Positions 58,622-64,000 of a stretch of DNA of 64,000 bases are shown here, in pieces. The notes below the pieces were generated by a model. It saw only the letters and a program-made list of their open reading frames with translations, ran no database searches and had not been told where the DNA came from. The stretch lies in assembly GCA_963665235.2 (NCBI GenBank), contig CAXXLX010000001.1, forward strand, positions 2,304,001 through 2,368,000, in the 5' to 3' direction. The first letter of the stretch is position 1, and every line of letters begins with the position of its first letter. The position numbers were made by a program, and so were the translations under genes. The DNA is from Candidatus Poribacteria bacterium (GTDB taxonomy: Bacteria; Poribacteria; WGA-4E; WGA-3G).

Positions 58622-59398
58622 TCATCGATTGTCTTCATGTGTAAATATTTCGTCATTTTCCACAAACCAATCCTCTGCTATGCCTTTCACAACAAGCCGA
58701 ACGTATGCATTGGAATCATATCTCTTACCTTTCTTAATCTTGCCGACGAAAATACGGAGTGAATCGGACTTAGGTCCGTAGATATGGTTGTTTTTTAGCA
58801 GTGGCTCTTCCAGTTGAAACTTTTCAACGGGCGGTTTACCCTTAATCGTATGTCTGAACTTCCCATGAGCTTTCCGATCGATAGCCGAACCGTTCGAGGC
58901 ATAGATAGAACAATCTATGGTAATATACACTCCATCATAGTATTGCCGATAGAGTATCGATTTCCCAGACACGCCAGATCTAGTTCCTTCATCTGTTATC
59001 GGGGTATAGACCGTTACATCGTAGGAAGCAGTCGCCCTGTGTAGGTTTGCCTCATCGTCATACTGCCATGCAACCGCTTTAATCGTATTTGTTTCACCTC
59101 TAATACTTTCGTTTAGGGTATAAGCACCACCGCCGAAAACGTTGTAGAAAATAGCATAATTCGTGTTCGCATTCACCATACTTGTATAGACAGGAACATC
59201 GTTAATATACCAGTCCACGTAGCTTAAGTCTTCATCCGTTCTGACATAAGCTTCGTGATACATACCAAAGTAATTATAGTGTTCATATCCGCCGTGGATA
59301 GGTCTGATCTCCACAATCTTAAATGCGGCCGCGATGCTCACAAAACTGAGCAAAACGAGGCAAATTGTAATTGTCACCAGAGTTTTTGTAAATCTCAT
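58622..59398 (-). CDS. secreted protein, paralog of 17036-17931
   Basis: AAGGAG RBS and signal peptide; shared YH.AY..TD....V.WY.N, IKA.AW, SY.VTVY.P..DE motifs. Confidence 0.85.
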   Translation of the reverse strand: MRFTKTLVTITICLVLLSFVSIAAAFKIVEIRPIHGGYEHYNYFGMYHEAYVRTDEDLSYVDWYINDVPVYTSMVNANTNYAIFYNVFGGGAYTLNESIRGETNTIKAVAWQYDDEANLHRATASYDVTVYTPITDEGTRSGVSGKSILYRQYYDGVYITIDCSIYASNGSAIDRKAHGKFRHTIKGKPPVEKFQLEEPLLKNNHIYGPKSDSLRIFVGKIKKGKRYDSNAYVRLVVKGIAEDWFVENDEIFTHEDNR

Positions 59399-59603
59399 TT
59401 TTCGTTCTCCTTTTGGCACCTACAGGGGGGCCAATATTATAAGAGGGTATTGACTAAATAATGATGCCCAGAAATGCAGCCCTCAACAGCATGGCATCAT
59501 AACGAATAAAATGATACCATATTTTGCTCAAAATATCAATAAAAAATATATGATTTTTGATTGACTAATATTTTGAAAGCGTTCATCCCCATCAAAAAAA
59601 CCA

Positions 59604-59661
59604 TTTATTCTACTTATCCGTTTGTCTCGAAAACACAATATCCCTGCCATCCGGAGACCAT
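59604..59661 (-). repeat. 58-bp copy of an internal segment of the TolB-like gene (58146-58203)
   Basis: 54 of 58 positions identical. Confidence 0.9.
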
Positions 59662-59670
59662 TGCTGCTAA

Positions 59671-59718
59671 AAAAGCAAAATGCCCTCGGTAATACAAACC
59701 GGGGACATCTTGCTTTTG
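59671..59718 (-). terminator. terminator downstream of the DUF1549/1553 gene
   Basis: AAAAGCAAAATGCCCTCGGT...ACCGGGGACATCTTGCTTTT hairpin with T tails. Confidence 0.7.
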
Positions 59719-59739
59719 TGATGTTAGTGTTTAAGCCAC

Positions 59740-62016
59740 TTAACGATTGAAGAGAAATGCTCGGGATGAAATCAGTGCCCAGAGCAGGTCTTCCGTGTTT
59801 TCACGGAGGGTTGTCTCCTCGGAAACTAAGTGGGTTTCAGCCTTTTCAAGTTCCGCTTTCGTTGGATAACGGCTCAAAGTCCTTAGGTATAGCTCCGTAG
59901 CCAATTCTGCGGGGGTGAGCTTCTCCCCGGATTCCGGTTTAAGGAGTTTGGCGATTGTGCCGTTTCCACTTCTCAGCTTGCCGTTTATATAGCTGGAGTT
60001 GATGATATGGAGTGCCTGGGTAAGCGTTGGTTCAAGTTTCGGCTCCAGGTCGCTTAGGAACTCCCTATTGGAGCGTCCGAATAGGGTGAGAAAGCGTGTA
60101 TTTATGGGGAGCTCTGCCTGAATAGACCGTTTGCCTTCAGGATATCGTCCATATCTCTCCGTTGTCCCGGTGACATCGTTTAGGACATCAAGCAGGATTT
60201 GTGCTACGAGGGGTCTCGGCATGAAGTGAGAGAAGAATCTATCGTCCAATTTATTGGTTTCATTAGGTGCAGCGGAGAGTTGATAAGTGTGTGAGTTAAG
60301 CATAAGTTTAATGATATGCTTGGTATCAAACCCACTTCGTATAAATTCTTCCGCTAATGCCTCTAAGAGGCCTTCAACACTAGGGGGTGTTGTAGCACGC
60401 ATATCGTCGACAGGGTCAACAATCCCTCGTCCGAAATAGTGGCTCCACAAGCGATTGACGGTCGCTTTTGCGAAGTAAGGATTTGTGGGAGAGGCAATCC
60501 AGTCAGCGAGATGCTGTATCGCTTCGGCTCTGTAGGCTTCAGGGAGCGTTTCGCCGCCGAGGAACGTCGGTTGCGCGACCTGTCCACGATTACCTTGGAC
60601 AGATTGGTTAATAACGCGTCCTGCGGGGTTGTGATAAACGATGAGTTCTTGATAGACTTCACCACCCCGTGCGTTGACTTTGCCTGTGAATGCGGCGAAG
60701 TTCCAATAATCATCGGTTGTCCACTCATCAAATGGATGTTTATGGCAGCGCGCACAACTGAGGCGAATGCCAAGGAACACTTGTGCGGTGGTTTCTGCTC
60801 TCCCGGAGGGTTGCCGTTCAATACGATAATAGTTGGTCGGTCCGTGTTGATAGGTGCTGCCGCGTGCAGTCAAGATGTCGTGTACAAATTGGTCGTACGG
60901 CATGTTTGTAGCGACAGCTTTCCGGATGAACTCGTGGAAGAGGGTTGCTGCGCGTTCGCCATATTGCCCATTTCCGAGTCTACGGGGATGTACCCGCAAC
61001 ATATCTCCTATTTTTAATGTTCGGAGGTCGACCCATTCTGGTGTGTCTATGAGCGTATCGATGAGACGTGCGCGTTTTTCTGGGGTTTTATCCGTTAGAA
61101 ATTCGCGTACCTCTGTGGATGTTGGCAATCTCCCGATAGTATCTAGATAGACACGGCGCATGAACTCGGCATCCGTTGCCAGTTCGGATGGGCGTACATT
61201 CAATTTTTTGAGTTTTGCGGAGACGAATTCGTCTATGAAATTGTTCGTCTCAAGCGGTTGATACGGTTCACTATCCGGCTCTCTCGGAATAGTAACGAAG
61301 CTGGAGGTGACAACCCCCAGGAATCGCGCGAGGATGGCAGTGCCGCCCCAGCGGACGCTAGTCACCTGTCCGGTTGGGTTGACAGTTGCCACGGGTGCAT
61401 CTTTGGATTCATAAACGGCTTGGTGTGTTACATCTTTGACGGAGCCATCGGTGAAATACGCTTGTACCGTGAGCTGTTGCGTTTCTCCGACGGCGTTCAG
61501 GACGATTTCGGTTGGTGCTATTTCGAGCCGTTGCAAGCGCGGTTCGTCGGGCGAGAAAGGTGCGCCAGCTTCAATCCATCGGCGGATAGTTTCCGCTTCG
61601 TCCGAACCGACATCAAATCTCAGACCGCCTGTGTGCGGTATTTGGCCTGTCGGTTTGAGGAGAAACAGGCTCTGGTCAGGTTCAAGTAGGTTGATGCGTC
61701 TGCCACGATTGTGTTTAACAATCGGTGCGTAATCTGCTTCGGGATTAAGCGTGAGCAGCGATAGATTGAGTCCGCCTTGCCCACCGAATTTTCCGTGGCA
61801 GAGCCCAGCGGAGCATCCCTGTTTATCTAGAATCGGTGCGATATCTTTGAGAAAAAGCGGGGTACGTTCAGACATGTCCGCTTTCACTTTGGTGTTATCT
61901 GCTGTCTCGGTGGCTGCATTTGCCGAGCACGCTGGGGGCATCAGCATGTATGCACACGCGGTGATAGCAGTTATGATGAGAATAGGAATTATACGGTTCC
62001 ACGTTACGCGTTTCAT
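59740..62016 (-). CDS. DUF1549/DUF1553 (PSCyt2/PSD1) protein with Ig-like domain
   Basis: CSAGLCHG, NNFID, F.RR.YLD..G.LP, FLG.R..CARCHKHP, VNRLW...FGRG.VDPVDD. Confidence 0.92.
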   Translation of the reverse strand: MKRVTWNRIIPILIITAITACAYMLMPPACSANAATETADNTKVKADMSERTPLFLKDIAPILDKQGCSAGLCHGKFGGQGGLNLSLLTLNPEADYAPIVKHNRGRRINLLEPDQSLFLLKPTGQIPHTGGLRFDVGSDEAETIRRWIEAGAPFSPDEPRLQRLEIAPTEIVLNAVGETQQLTVQAYFTDGSVKDVTHQAVYESKDAPVATVNPTGQVTSVRWGGTAILARFLGVVTSSFVTIPREPDSEPYQPLETNNFIDEFVSAKLKKLNVRPSELATDAEFMRRVYLDTIGRLPTSTEVREFLTDKTPEKRARLIDTLIDTPEWVDLRTLKIGDMLRVHPRRLGNGQYGERAATLFHEFIRKAVATNMPYDQFVHDILTARGSTYQHGPTNYYRIERQPSGRAETTAQVFLGIRLSCARCHKHPFDEWTTDDYWNFAAFTGKVNARGGEVYQELIVYHNPAGRVINQSVQGNRGQVAQPTFLGGETLPEAYRAEAIQHLADWIASPTNPYFAKATVNRLWSHYFGRGIVDPVDDMRATTPPSVEGLLEALAEEFIRSGFDTKHIIKLMLNSHTYQLSAAPNETNKLDDRFFSHFMPRPLVAQILLDVLNDVTGTTERYGRYPEGKRSIQAELPINTRFLTLFGRSNREFLSDLEPKLEPTLTQALHIINSSYINGKLRSGNGTIAKLLKPESGEKLTPAELATELYLRTLSRYPTKAELEKAETHLVSEETTLRENTEDLLWALISSRAFLFNR

Positions 62017-62077
62017 GTCAATATCTCCTTCCTAATGGCTGAGGGTTAACGACTAATGGTTAATGACCAATTGCCAT

Positions 62078-64000
62078 TTATACAAAAACTTTGGGAAAGA
62101 CTTCTGTCATTTGGTCAACGAAGTGGAATGTGAGTCCTGCTTGTATATCCTCAGGAATTTCCACAAAATCTTTCTGATTCCCTACGGGGATGATGATTTT
62201 TTTGATACCTGCCTGTTTTGCTGCGAGGATTTTCTCCTTGATACCGCCGATTGGGAGTACTTTTCCTCTCAAGGTTAATTCTCCGGTCATAGCGATTTCT
62301 GGACTAATCCCGCGTTTCATAGCGATAGAAGCGAGGGCGGTGGCGATTGTGATTCCTGCGGAGGGGCCATCCTTTGGAATAGCCCCGGCAGGTACGTGAA
62401 TATGGATGTCATTTTGCAGGGCGTGTGCATCGAATTTGAGCGTATCCGCTTGGGATTTGACATAGCTGAGTGCAGTTCGTGCCGATTCCTGCATGACATT
62501 CCCTACCTGTCCGGTGACAAGAAGTTCCCCCTTTCCATCCTGATTTTGGGTTGTGGTTGCTTCGACAAAGAGGATTTCGCCGCCTGCTGGGGTGACGGAG
62601 AGCCCTGTTGCTACCCCTACATCGGCAGTTCTGCCGGCGATTTCGGAGTCGAATTTTGGAGGTCCGAGGTACTCCGGTAGTTCTTTGACCCGGATACGCA
62701 TCGGTTCGGTTTGTCCTTCTGCGACGCGGCGTGCGGATTTTCGGCAAAGGGTACCGAGCTCCCGTTCCAAATTTCGAACCCCCGCTTCTCGGGTATATTC
62801 GGTAATGACTTTCTTAATCGCAGTGCTGGAGATGATTAATTGTTTTTTAGTGATTCCGTTTTCTGCAAGCTGGCGTGGGATGAGATACTGCTTTGCAATT
62901 TGCAGTTTCTCGTTTGCTGTATAGCCTGGAAGCTCAATCGTTTCCATGCGGTCTCGGAGCGGGGCCGGAATCGTGTGAATCTGGTTTGCGGTTGTGATGA
63001 ACATGACCTGTGACAAATCGAACGGAACGTCCAGATAGTTATCGGTAAAGGTATCATTTTGTTCTGGGTCAAGTACTTCGAGCAGTGCTGCTGCAGGGTC
63101 GCCGCGAAAATCGGAGCCGAGTTTGTCGATTTCGTCAAGCATAAACACGGGATTATTGGATTCGACTTGCCGCAGTCCTTTAATAATACGTCCGGGCATT
63201 GAGCCGATGTAGGTGCGTCTATGTCCCCGGATCTCCGCTTCGTCGTGCATGCCGCCTAGAGAGATTCGGGCAAATTTTCTGCCGATGGCGCGGGCAATAG
63301 ATTTACCGAGCGATGTTTTGCCTACGCCTGGAGGGCCGACGAAACAGAAAATGGGCCCCTTCATATCGGATTTAAGGAGGCGCACTGCGAGATGCTCGAC
63401 GATTCGCTCTTTGACTTTGACGAGGTTATAGTGGTCCTCGTCAAGAATTTTCATCGCCTTGGTGAGGTCAATCGAATCTTCGGTGTTGGCTGACCATGGA
63501 AGGTTCAGAAGCCAATCCAGATAATTCCGGGATACGGTGGATTCTGGGGAGTGGGACTGCATTTTAGAGAGGCGGTTAAGTTCCTTAGTAGCAGCTTTGT
63601 GTGCTTTCTCCGGCAGTTTCGCCTTTTTCAACTGCTTCCGCATTTCGTCAATATCTGACGCTAGGTCGTCTGCTTCCCCGAGTTCTGTTTGAATCGCCTT
63701 GAGTTGTTCACGCAGAAAGTATTCCCGTTGCCCTTTGTTGATAACGGCTTGGGCGTCGGATTGAATTTTACTCTCCAATTCGTGGAGATTGAGTTCTTTG
63801 GCGAGGATAACAGTGAGTTTATTGAGCCGTTCGGGAATTGGAACAGCCTCAAGAATCTGCTGTTTTTCTTGCGGTTTCAAATCCAAGACAGAGGCGATAT
63901 AGTCCGCTAGGCGTCCCGGTTCGTCAATGCTTTTGGCGATGAGCATGTATTCTTCGAGGTACCGTGAAGAGAGTTGGATAATCCGTTGGAACATTTCCTC
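62078..64000 (-). CDS. lon: ATP-dependent protease La (5' end outside window)
   Basis: GPPGVGKTS, EIRGHRRTY, PKDGPSAG, MTGELTLRG, IGGIKEK. Confidence 0.98.
   Translation of the reverse strand, partial: EEMFQRIIQLSSRYLEEYMLIAKSIDEPGRLADYIASVLDLKPQEKQQILEAVPIPERLNKLTVILAKELNLHELESKIQSDAQAVINKGQREYFLREQLKAIQTELGEADDLASDIDEMRKQLKKAKLPEKAHKAATKELNRLSKMQSHSPESTVSRNYLDWLLNLPWSANTEDSIDLTKAMKILDEDHYNLVKVKERIVEHLAVRLLKSDMKGPIFCFVGPPGVGKTSLGKSIARAIGRKFARISLGGMHDEAEIRGHRRTYIGSMPGRIIKGLRQVESNNPVFMLDEIDKLGSDFRGDPAAALLEVLDPEQNDTFTDNYLDVPFDLSQVMFITTANQIHTIPAPLRDRMETIELPGYTANEKLQIAKQYLIPRQLAENGITKKQLIISSTAIKKVITEYTREAGVRNLERELGTLCRKSARRVAEGQTEPMRIRVKELPEYLGPPKFDSEIAGRTADVGVATGLSVTPAGGEILFVEATTTQNQDGKGELLVTGQVGNVMQESARTALSYVKSQADTLKFDAHALQNDIHIHVPAGAIPKDGPSAGITIATALASIAMKRGISPEIAMTGELTLRGKVLPIGGIKEKILAAKQAGIKKIIIPVGNQKDFVEIPEDIQAGLTFHFVDQMTEVFPKVFV

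Noticed and set aside
58146-59661. Diversity-generating retroelement TR/VR pair
   Set aside because: The four mismatches are not adenine-specific on either strand, the repeat is short, and no reverse transcriptase is in the window.

Overview
Bacterial chromosomal window of about 48% GC (estimated by eye). It is probably from Candidatus Poribacteria or a relative; this is an inference from the 'V(S/E)PxGK..xWGxL(K/R)' C-terminal tails, Uma2, PhyH and DUF1549/1553 genes. Housekeeping genes (aroC, mnmA, miaA, rho-rpmE-prfA-prmC, murB, lon, a three-gene Sdh1-type succinate dehydrogenase) are interleaved with accessory genes, several MITE/REP families and two TnpB-derived IS200/IS605 elements. Most notable: (1) a TnpB-less IS605 derivative inserted in codon 2 of sdhB that supplies a new promoter, RBS and in-frame ATG from its omega-RNA end; (2) a ~550-nt highly structured non-coding RNA candidate, plus a ~85-nt pseudoknot-like RNA, upstream of rho; (3) two copies of a 'variable secreted protein + TolB-like propeller' cassette, one with a perfect sigma54 promoter, duplicated enhancer-like sites and a 5-bp frameshifting duplication; (4) a split-CHAD / ROK / VTC-CYTH-like cluster suggesting polyphosphate metabolism; (5) a small zinc-ribbon, ribosomal-protein-like gene inside a molybdo-hydroxylase operon. 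All family calls come from motif recognition by eye, with no database searches.
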